A DNA stretch of 64,000 bases from Thalia democratica (Eukaryota). Location of the stretch: NCBI GenBank assembly GCA_965202585.1, contig OZ241826.1, positions 32,550,001 to 32,614,000 on the forward strand. Direction: 5' to 3'. The translations under genes were made by a program, and so were the position numbers. Every line of letters begins with the position of its first letter. The stretch's first letter is position 1. The notes under the pieces are model-generated. The model worked only from the letters and a program-made list of their open reading frames with translations. It made no database searches and was not told the origin of the DNA. This document shows, one piece after another, positions 53,120 through 64,000 of this stretch.

Positions 53120-53596
53120 CACGAGGGGACTAAATTGCACAAAGACTATTTTGCACGGAGGATCAATTTTGCACGAGAGTAAAAATAAAACAAAATAAAA
53201 TATATTAAAAAGAAAACTAGATAAAAAAATAAATATAAATTGATAAAACAAACAAAAAAATCTTACTGACCAAGGGCAAGGGGTAACAGTTAATAGTAAA
53301 AAGAAACTAATAAAAGTTAATATAAATAAAAACAAGAAGAAAATATAAATTAAGAAAAAAGAAAAAAAAAGCTACCGACCGAGGGTAAGGGTCAGGGGTA
53401 ACAGTAATAAAACAAAAATTAACTAAAAAAAAAGGTAACCGACGGAGGGTAAGGGTTAGAGGTAACAGGGATAATAAAAAAAAATAAAAAAACTAAAACT
53501 AAAACAGTTTAAAATATAAAAATAATTAAAAAGTTAAACTCGTGCAAAAATATCTCTGTGCAAAAATGTCTCCTCTTTCAAACTAGTCCCTTCCTA
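53120..53596 (+). mobile_element. Second copy of the CAC-ended family
   Basis: CACGAGGGGACTAAATTGCAC / CTAGTCCCTTC; TTTTGCAC subterminal repeats; three internal ACCGACC(A/G)AGGG...GGTAACAG repeats. Confidence 0.75.
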
Positions 53597-56500
53597 CTAT
53601 TATTATTGTGCTAATTTGACACCTACCCTGAGTGAAAAACTAATTTAAGAAGACTTCAAGTAAACTTATGTAATTTACAAAACAAGAATACAAATCCATA
53701 TGTTATTTTTTAATGCTGCTTATAAGTGATTTGAACAAAATTGCTTAAAAAAAATATATAAACTGAAATAAATAAGTGTTTGGAAATTATTTTACTAGGA
53801 ACTTGTATTAGTTTTAGTGTATGATTAAACAAAAGTATATATACATTTAAATACTGTTGGATGGTTTTAGTGTTTAAAATTACAATGTTTTACAGAAAAC
53901 TACTTAGTTTTAAAATTGTTTTGTTATAGTTGGAACTAGACTCTTTTTAACCTTTAAATTCTTTAATTTTTTTGTGATACTATGATTAAATTTACAAAAT
54001 TAAGACGTCAATAAAAAATATATTATGAACATTGTATAAGAGTTTATAAATAAAAAAATAAAATCTTAAAGTTAAGTCGGTTTAAGTAAAAATTAATACT
54101 AAAAGAAAGTATTTGTAAAGTTTCAATCTTTAGGTAAATAAATCATCTTTTTAATATCTAGATGACTTAACAGTTACATTGTTAAAAACTGTTAAGAAAG
54201 TCTTTTAACGTTATTGAAAAGTGTTAAATTCTTTAAAAAGTAGTACTTATGTATTTTGCGCGTTACCGTTTGAGATATTTATATTAAGTAAAAAAGTAAA
54301 GTAAGTAATATTGTTTCTAAGTGTTGTTTTAGAATAATAGTAGAGTGAAGGAACAGCTGCGGTATTAAAAACACTTAAGTTAAGTTTACAAAAAGAGTGA
54401 ATTCAGCTTTGACATATAATTAGAAATTAAAATTTTTAACTCAACGCTTAAACACAAAAGCTTAAAAAAATTTGACTTTGTTTGAGATGCAGATGAAAAT
54501 TTATGTATGTATATAAACATGTAAGAAGCTATCTTTATTGATCGTATTTATAGAATACTCTTTTTGGTATATTCAAAAATAAACAGGTTTCATTCAGATT
54601 TAGTTTTTAAGTATTTTTTGTTGTTTATCAATGTAGTTTAATTTTATTTGGAACCTCTAAAATTTTACAGAATTATTTTTCGGTTCATATGTTAAAAGAA
54701 AGCAAAAAAAATAAAAACACTTAAGACTCTGATTTGAAAACAAATAAATGTAATTTAATATTTTTAAAGAAACAGGGTTGTAACTCAGTTTTTTAAAAAT
54801 CACTTTATTTTCTCCTGTTAAAAAGAGATAGAATATTTTTTTTGAGAGTGTGCAAAAAAAAAAGTTGGAATCTTATTAAGTTTATTCGGTTTAGATATTA
54901 TTATAATGTAAAAAAATATGTACGAACTATAAGTTTTTGGTTGTTAGCTAGACAGTATACTTTTTCAATAGCAACTTTAAGTATAAAAAATAATTTAATA
55001 AATAACACTGTTAAAAATCCTACAAATTAAGCAGCCTTACTATAATTAAAGCTGTTGTATTTAGCATTCAAAAAATTTAAATGTTCAGTCAAACAGTTTA
55101 TGGCTAACACATAAATGTTTTCTCATTTTAAAAATGCGATATTTTGTTGACTTACTAGTTTTTAAAAGGTATTTTTTATCACGTGTAGTTTTAAAATTTT
55201 AAGAATTTTGTTGTTAAAAAAAGACCTAGTTACGTGCTTTCAAAATAACGTCAGTTTTTTATTTATTTTTTTCTAAACTTAATACTTTAAGTAAAAGTAT
55301 ATTGTTAACTGTAGAAACAAGTATTGAGCTCAAAGGCTGAACAATGTCAACTACTCACCAGAAAGCTTAAAATTTTGTTGTTGTGTTAATTCTTTTGGGA
55401 ATTACCGTTTTTTGTATATTTTTGTTTATTTGGGTTATTGACAAAGCTAGTTTTACATACTTTTTAACTTTTTTGTGCCTGATTTCTTTAAGATATTGTA
55501 AATATGATAGTAATATTAAAAATTTAATTATTAATTTAAAGAAAAAATTCATCTTAATATTTATTAGAAAAAAATAGAGTGATCAGCAAATGACTTAAAA
55601 AATTAGAAAGAACAATTTTTTAGGGCTTAATTTTCAAAAAGGTCTTAAAATATTTGTAAATTGTCATAGCGAAAAACTTTAATATTCTATATGGTTCAAC
55701 AAATGTGACAAGCAAACACCACTTTAAACAACTCAATCCAATACGGAATCAGTTCTACTTAATTTGTTTTGTATATATTTATATATGATACTTTAGCTAC
55801 TTTTGCATACATAACAGCACGGTTGCTTAACATTAAAAAGTATTTCATAGTGGTTTATTTTGCAAATACAGCTTATATTTATTTCATCAACAATAATGAT
55901 ATGTATTATAATATACTACTATAACTTACTATAACTATCATAACTTATCAGAATAGTTTAAAAGCTAAATCTAAAATATGGCTATTTTCGTTTAGAAAAT
56001 ACAGTTAGTCTTTCTAATACATCTAAATAAATGTTAGACTGATGTTAGTCTTTTTTGCAACACTATAATATCTTTAACTTTGAACAAGCAAAAATATTCA
56101 CAATTCTAGCTTTTAAAAGATTTTTTAAATGTTCAAATTTCAGAAACTATTTTCTTCTTTAAATTTTTTAAATATATTTAAATCAACTTATTTATTTAAA
56201 TTAACTATAATAACTGCAAATTAAGTATATCTTTGTATATAAAGCTGTTGTATTTAGCATTAATAAAGTTTTTTGATTTTTTTTGTTCTTAATTTAGTTT
56301 GGTTTATTTGTTTAAATACTTAGACTTGACATTTTTTGTTGTTTTTTAAAGTTGTTTAGACTGTTGCTAATTTTCTTAATGTTAGGTAAATTATTGTTCA
56401 ATAAACATTTTCTAAATCGCACTTGATATAAAAAATGCTTAAATGTTAATTTACAAATACTTAAATGAAATCATGCTAAGTCGACTATAAAAAGAACAAG

Positions 56501-57550
56501 AATAATATTTTTGGTAAAAGAATGAATTATTTTATTTAATTTTTAACAGAGCTGTGTATTTATTACAATTTAACTCAGATTTTATACAGTTTATAAAAAA
56601 AAATTAGACTTTGAGTTAAATGTTGAGTACTTTAATGTATTGATAAAATATTTAAAAAAGTCAGTTAAGTCAATATCTTTTTTCAAACTAATACATTTCT
56701 ATTTTCCAGTTAATTTAAAATATTATTGCTAGCTGTTTAAATTCATTAAAGTTTAGAAATATTTTACTTTTAATTAGGAGTAGGTTTACTATTTTTTTTT
56801 TGTTTTGTTGTTTTTGTTTAATTTACTTGTCAAAAATGTATTTTAACTTTTTTAAAAGAGGTTTATGGAAGTCTTTCAAAAAAATATTTAAAGCCTATTA
56901 TTTCTACTTTTTATATATTGTACTGATTTAAAAGTTCTTTTAAAATATTTTTGTCTTTAATGGATATACATTTTCAGCTCACATGCGTTTTAAGAAATTA
57001 AAAACAGTTAAACAAAAGTAATGTTACAGGTTTTAACAACTACTAACAATACTATTTAAAACTGTAAAATTTTGCCGTAGTCAAGTAGTTAAGAACTATA
57101 AAGTAACGTGAACATTAAGTACATAACACTCATAACTTATTACATAGTTTTTAAGCACATAAGTATAGTTTAAAATAAGTAAATAAAAACATCTTTAAAG
57201 TCTTCGAAAAACAATACTTTAATACTTCCTTGTTTATGTAAAGTTATTTGGGTAGTTTAATATTTTGTAGTTTTATACTTGAGAAATAATAAATGATACA
57301 CAACTTTAGAAAATTTAAATTTTACTAACCATTACTCAATGAATTTAAAGTAAAAACTGTATAGTATACTTTTAAACTAAATACCTTAAAACGCAACTAA
57401 AAAAATGTTTAAAGGGAAATACATACATTTGAAATGTACTCAGACAAGATGTATTTAGTTTTTTTCTTTTCAAACAAAGTTTATTTAATCAAAATTTATT
57501 TTTTAATTAACTAATTTGTTTTATTAAAAATATACAGATACGTAACAAAC

Positions 57551-60500
57551 ATGAATCTGCTAAATGTGCAGCAAAAACAACTCTCAAAACCGTATACTTC
57601 AAGTAAATACCATGCATCACCAAGTTTACTTTCTCCAAACCAATGCGTAAGTTTATGTCTGAATGATAGTTTTAAAATTTTTAAAGATAAAACAATTTAA
57701 ATTACGGTTGAAGGTTATAATTAATGGTACATTTAACTCACATTTAGTTTCAAACAGAAGCTTCATTTTTTGGTTTTTAAAATTATTAAAGTATACTTCA
57801 ATTTAATTTAGAAAAACCAGAGTATAGAAAATTTATTTATATTTGCCTTTTTAGCCACCCAATATCAGTTCTTCAACTTTGAATCCTGAAGACAAATGCA
57901 GCCAATGTGTTGCTGCCAATGTGTTTTTAAACTACAATGAAAGTTTCCAACAGCAACAAGCCTACCCTGAACATCAAAGCAATCTGATGCAACCGCAACC
58001 ACATCCACACTTTCAACAGCAACCAATATTACCGCAAGCTGCGCTACCATGTCAGTGTGATGGAATGAAACAACATCAACTAGTTGCCCAGCAGACACCA
58101 GAAGATGACTTTGTGCAACACACCCAACTACCACACCAACTACAAGTACAATATCAACATCTACCACAGGTTCAAACACATGTGCTGGAGAAACCAGAAG
58201 GTGGTTTTGCTGAAGTGCAACCGTATACACAACTTCTACCACAAGTTCAAGAACATGATCAGCTACAAAGTGAACGTTTTGCTGCTAGTAGCAGTGATCA
58301 GATTCAAGATTTTAACGCTCAACAGTCTAGAAAGTATAATGAGAAGCATAACAACTACGTTGCATTGATAAACGCAGGTTAGTTTTTTTAATTAGTTTGA
58401 CAATTTTTGTTTAAGAAATTAAATTATAACGGTGTACAAAAACTATAACATAGAATAGCTATTTTTATATGACGTTTTATGAACTTAAAATTTACATTTT
58501 ATTTTAGATAGGCCGAATGACACTTCTCAACTAAACAACAAAAAGACGAGGTTAGTTAGTTTAAAATTTAAACAAGAATTAGTTATTAACCACGGCTTTA
58601 TTGAATTATCATGAAAGGGTTTTAAAAATAATGTTTTCAGAAAGAGGACTACTTTCAACCGGTATGCCTTACAGTATCTGGAAAGCAGATTTGCAGTACA
58701 TCCAAACCCCAGAAGTTATAATCTAAAACAAATAGCTGAAGACTTAGGGTATACAGAAACTATTGTTAAGGTCTCTTTTTTTTTTGATAAGCTCATATTG
58801 TATGGTTAATGTTAATTAAACGTTGATTTAGAATTTTTGCTATATAAAAAGTAAACTTTATGACTTTTTCCCAAAATTTGAATAATACACATTACTTTAT
58901 TCGGAAAAGTTAAAGGGTTTTATAACTAAAATATAACATTTCTTTTAAAACAAATCTCTATTAAATTTGTTACTTTATAAACTTTATGATTTTCTGTGAT
59001 ATTTACTTACGTATTTTTTATACCTTCTACCTTTTGAAAATTATTTTAAACACTTATAACTAACTAAAACGAGAACAAATTTCTATATAATTTAAGCTAG
59101 GATGATGTTTAAGTTATTTCTTTTAAAGTAAGTTAGACTTTATTTCCTTCTAAAAGTTTTTTTATATTTTAATATGTTTTTTTATAGACCTGGTTTAACA
59201 ATAGGAATGCAAAAAGGAGAAGATTAGAGAAAGAACGAAGAGAAGGTGAATAATTTTTAATAAAATGTTAAGCAATAACATTAATTAAAACAAACTGTTA
59301 ATAACTCCAATTTTATTTTAAAATTCTTAGTATTAACGAAGCTGATAAAACTAAAAATAAACAATGCGTAAACTACCCAAAACTTTAATATATTTAAAGC
59401 AAGTATTTTTTCTACATACAACCAAAAACAAAATATATACAAAATGTATTGCTTTACAGCTGGTCTACAAAATACCGCAGTCAACCATTTTTTCTCTCAA
59501 GCTCATCAAATGGTAGTTTGTTTTTTATGTAAAAATTTATATTTTGTAATATTTTTGTGTGTTTAAGTTTTGTTTTTTTCATTTTAAATCGTTTGTTCAC
59601 TATCTATTTTCTTAGGCTCTACCACAAAATACTTACATTCGAAATAGTTCAGTTGAAAGAAATCATCAGGTAATTTTGTTTAAAACTTGCTTTATTTTTC
59701 ATTTTCTTTTGAAACAGTTTACACGTTTTACTTTACCTGTTTTCGAAAAAAAACATAATATTTTTCACTTTAGGCTGCACTAGATGCGATGTTGTTGCCT
59801 GCAAAAAATACAGCTGAAATCACAAGCAACTTAGCTAACGAAGCAGATGATAGGTATGTTTAAGTACATTATAATATCTGCGTCAATTAATTTTTTGTGA
59901 AATTTTAAAGCTTTCCAATATTCATTTAAGCTTTTTAAAACTATCCTTGCGTAAAGTTTTATAAAGAGTACTGAAAAAAATTAGAACATGAAGTAGTAAT
60001 TACTAGTTTTAACATGGATTTTGTTTGCTTTATGTTTTTAAAAGTTTTATATGTACAGTAATCAAGAAGCTTCCTCGCAAAACTTGTTGACATTTGAAAA
60101 CTTGCTTGGAATCGACAAAATTGTAAGTTGATAATTTTAATTTTCAATTATTTTTTTAAATAAAATTAATGGTTTAATAGTTTTAGCTAAATATCTAAAT
60201 AGTAGTTATACTTGAAGTTTGGATTAATTTTCATAATCGATCAAAGTTACTTTTACTTTCTACCATAGCTATGTCTTTTTTCAAATTACTATCTCAAAAC
60301 TTTAGGATACGCTAGATACGAAATTACATGAAAGTAATAACACATCTGAAATCTCTAACACCTTTGCTCAGAAAAAACGTACAAGGTAGATTCAAGTTAA
60401 ATTTGATGCTTATATTTAATGTTATATATATGTTAGATTTAATAAATTTATTATATTTATGGCATATAAAATGTTTTTTTATGTTATAGCTCAAATGTAT

Positions 60501-61570
60501 AAATAAACTGGTGTATGGTGTTTTTTACTCCATACATCAGTTTAAACGGAATAATATTTAATAATTAATAAATAAATTAACAGTTTATATTTTTACTTGT
60601 TTAGTTTTAGTTGATATATCCACAGTAATCAAGAAGTGCTTTTTAACATTGAAAGTGATGAAACTGCAAAGACGCCCTCGGGATTTATTCAAGAAGATTC
60701 ATTCACTGCTGAATACTTACTAGGCATTGTAAGTTTTGTGTTATAGTTTGATTGTTTTTATATCAGATTTACTCAAACCAAAGTTTTAATCGTTTTGAAT
60801 TAATACTTATATGCTAGATAGCAGGTGTAATAAAAAATAATAAATAAAGGATTAATTTAAAATAAAAAATAATTAAAAAATAAATAATGTAATAAAAAAA
60901 TAAAAAAGTAATAATAAAAATTTATTAATTTAGTTAAATAAAAACCGGTTTATAAAAAAGTTGAAAAACATATATTTCAACTTACAATGTTTAGGATACT
61001 GATGTTCATAATGAAGTTGGAAATCAGAACGAGCTTCATAATTCAACTGGCAGCAACAAAAGTAACTTTAACATTGAACAAGGGAAGATCACTGAAGGAA
61101 GTGATGATTCTGAACAAGCGGAAATAACTGATAAAAGTAAGCTAAAATTTAAAAACAAGAAACAAAAGAAGAATTAAGGCTAAGGAATCAGAAATTAGGG
61201 TGTAATAAAAAAAGACCCATTTACGAAAATTAAATATGCTTTTTATGTTATTAGACAAAACAACTTCAAATGTTGTATTATTTCAATATAAAAATGTTGT
61301 ACGTTTTGTTCTATAATTTTGAAAAATTAATAGCTATATATTAAACATTTTTTTAAGCTGCATTTGAAAATTTTTATCTAGGAATTACTTCACACAGATT
61401 TGTTTTCTGCAAATGAATCACCTACAAGTCTGCATACTTCCACAGAACTCGATAAAAGCGATACGGACTCTTTTAAAGAGATGATAGCACAGGCTGCGGA
61501 AAGTGTGCGGAATTCGCCTACATTTAATTTTGACATCAGCACCATTGACTTCAGTGACCTCAAGTGGTGA
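57551..61570 (+). CDS. Divergent homeodomain transcription factor, 14 coding exons, about 552 aa (Q/P/H-rich N-terminus, homeodomain, acidic S/T/N-rich C-terminus)
   Basis: Manual model with GT-AG introns and consistent phases: 57551-57646, 57855-58377, 58508-58550, 58641-58770, 59188-59245, 59460-59512, 59616-59669, 59774-59853, 60059-60122, 60306-60385, 60626-60728, 60995-61136, 61255-61298, 61382-61570 (1659 nt, ends ...IDFSDLKW-TGA). An acceptor at 57537 indicates an unidentified upstream exon. The 61255-61298 mini-exon is least certain; an alternative acceptor cacacag near 61397 also restores frame. Confidence 0.85.
58543..59229 (+). other. Homeobox split over three exons: KTRKRTTFNRYALQYLESRFAVHPNPRSYNLKQIAEDLGYTETIVK|TWFNNRNAKRRRLE
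   Basis: Conserved homeodomain positions R5, F8, L16, F20, W48, F49 and N51 are in register. Phase-0 intron lies between codons 46 and 47 (58771-59187). Confidence 0.93.
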
Positions 61571-64000
61571 CTGTTTTTGTTCGTATGAGCTGTTTTACAG
61601 AACTATTAGAAAAACTAACTCTAAATTAAACTTTATAGAGTTAATGTGTGCTCCTAAAATGGACAAAAAAGATAAATGTTTAAAGTTATAATTTTGCTTT
61701 TATTATTACTGGCTTAGAAAAATTTAGAATTTTGTTAAAATTTAAAATCTCATTTCAGTTTTTTTAGTTTTGCTGTTCTGATGATAACGATTAAAAGTTT
61801 AAAAAAATTTTGATCAAGATAAGTTGATTGTGTTAGTAATTTAGAAAACTTCTGGTTAGAATAATATTCAAGAAAATTGTATGATGAAATATCAATAGAA
61901 ACATTTAGACTATTTTAACTTGAAATCTTCTGGTCCCTTTTAGTTTCTTATCTATGTGTTTTTATTATTTTGGTTTTAACAAAAGTATATCGTTGTAAAT
62001 TGATTGTTGCTGTTTAGTAAAGTTATATTTTTTAGTAAATTTGTCGTTTAGGTAAGAAATAAACACTGCGAATTATTGTGAATTTTGTTATATAGACAAG
62101 TATACAGTTAAATGATATATAAAAAGTAAAAATTAATATTTTAAATTAAATATTGTTCTAGTATAATATTTAAAATAAATACCAGTAAAAATCAAACCTC
62201 TCGTCGTTACTATTTTTAAAATAAATTTAATCACTATAACGACTTAAAAAAAAATTTAATTAAATATTTAGGTGTTTAATAACTAAAATAAACACATTTC
62301 TAAAACTTTTTTTGTTGAAAATAACAGTTATTTAACAACTAAAATTTTAAGCATTTATTAACGCAAGAATAAAGTTTGTTTGTAAGGATATTTTAATTTT
62401 TTTTTTGTACTTGTGTGCGTTTTATCACCACTAACTTAGAAACGTATATTTTAGCCACAAGTATTTTTTACCTTTTCTTGACATAATAAAATAAATAAGT
62501 TCTAAAAGTAGTCATACAAGAAAAGATTGTAAGAATCGAACAAAATGCTTTAACTTTAGTGCAAACATACTGTAAGGTTTTTTAAAATTTTTATAATAAA
62601 AGTAAAGTTTAAGGTTTAAGATGTTTTAGCTACACAAAAAACGTTTCAGTTATCAATAAAATCCTCTAATATAGACAAATTTAAACAATTAAAAACATTA
62701 TGGAGTTTCAAAAAATCTTGTTTTTAAGAGCTTATGTTGGATAAAGTTAGGAAAAATTTAGAATGTTCTAGATACTAATTGCATAAAAAAATTTGTTTTG
62801 TAGTTTTAGATATATTTAGCTCAATTGTTTAACAAAATTAACCTGTGTTGAGTTTCTACTAACATTTATTTAAGTAATTTATGTTTAAAATAAGTATTTA
62901 GATATGTAATTTTAGTGTTTGAAAATGGTATTTTTATGTAAAACTCAATATTTATTTTACTAAAATAAATTTAAGAGTAATGTTTATCTAATAAAGGGCT
63001 GACCTGAGATTGATAATTTTAACTTTCAGAGACTTTTGTTGAATTTAGTTAAAAAATTGGAAGCAGTATGAATATTAAAGAATATTAACATATACATGAG
63101 CAGCTACATTACAAATAAAATATAAACATGTTTTTTTATATCTAGACGTATAAAACTTTTTTAAAAATGTTTAAAGGACCGCAACTCAAAAAGTAATAAA
63201 TATAAAAAAATATAAAAATAAGAAGAGCAAAAAAAACAGTTTAAGAGGAAATTTAATTTGTTTTTACGCAAATTATTTTTGTAAGCATTTAAAACAGATT
63301 TTACTTTACAACAATATATAAAAATTGATGTTTTTATCTTTTACATTTTTTAATAGTTTTATAAGGACGATTTAGGCTGCATTTCGATCTAAACAATCAG
63401 TTCTTAACTTACATAATGCTTAACTGTACCATTTGAACTATGATAAAGTATTTATTTTTATGTCAGTTATAGCACATAGTGTGTGAGGTTAAAAACTTGT
63501 TGCTGAAGAAAATTAAACATTGGCTGATTAATGATATGTCTTTCACTAAATCTAATGACAAATCATGTATATTTTCATGTTTTACATGTCATGCCAAAAT
63601 ACTTTTTTTGCAGAGGTTAAAATGATTTTAAAGAAAAAAGAACGTCAAAATTGTATCATAAAGTTTTTTTGACGGGTGTTAAGTTTAAGGCTTGCTTTAG
63701 CTGTTCAATTGACTAAAACATTATCCTACAGATTTCTCATTTTGAAGTGTTTTAACAAAATTTGTCACAGACAACTGAGATCTAGAACAATAAACCTAAT
63801 AAAATGTACAAACTTTTTTCTGTTGAGTTTTAGATAAATCGTTAACTTTTCTATAAATTGGTAAAGTTTTTGCGTGAGTTAATAATTTTTTGAAAAACCA
63901 TTGATAAAATTGATGCACCCGCTAGCTAAGTTTCTATTTTTAACTCAGTCTTTGACTTTTTACTGTTTCCTACAGCAATACTAATAAGTTAATAAAAAGT

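Noticed and set aside
53270-53475. Telomere-like TAAGGGTTAG repeats
   Set aside because: Internal repeats of the CAC-ended transposon, not a TTAGGG array.
40750-56000. Remaining 60-80 aa ORFs in the track (e.g. 40750, 43910, 48002, 53117, 54842, 55367, 55383)
   Set aside because: F/L/I/K/N-rich compositions expected from random very AT-rich DNA, many with TTG/GTG starts, no motifs.
57865-58368. ORFs 57865-58242 (-) and 58084-58368 (+)
   Set aside because: Alternative frames overlapping the Q-rich homeobox exon; only the 57855-58377 frame fits the splice phases.

Overview
Very AT-rich eukaryotic (metazoan) genomic DNA; the repeat landscape and intron style resemble Hydra or a similar invertebrate (inference, not proven). 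The one well-supported gene is a 14-coding-exon homeobox gene on the + strand (57551-61570, about 552 aa by my manual splice model). It has a divergent, POU6-like homeodomain (N50, N53), no visible POU-specific domain, and tandemly duplicated C-terminal exons. A 5'-truncated Penelope-like retroelement (34050-34949, - strand) encodes an intact GIY-YIG endonuclease and carries a minimal type I hammerhead ribozyme. It sits inside a ~40-bp minisatellite, and its 13-bp target-site duplication supplies the ORF's ATG. The rest is mostly non-autonomous DNA transposons: hAT-type MITEs with 8-bp TSDs, a CAGGGTTGCCA family with 6-bp TSDs, a pogo-like element, CAC-ended elements and a large foldback. There are also decayed ORFs, two GC-rich orphan ORFs (14.4 kb, 20.6 kb), a candidate small secreted-peptide gene (10.7-11.4 kb), two near-perfect isolated hairpins and a dispersed palindromic ~65-bp repeat core. 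Most ORFs in the supplied track look like chance AT-rich ORFs. All models were built by eye; no searches were run.
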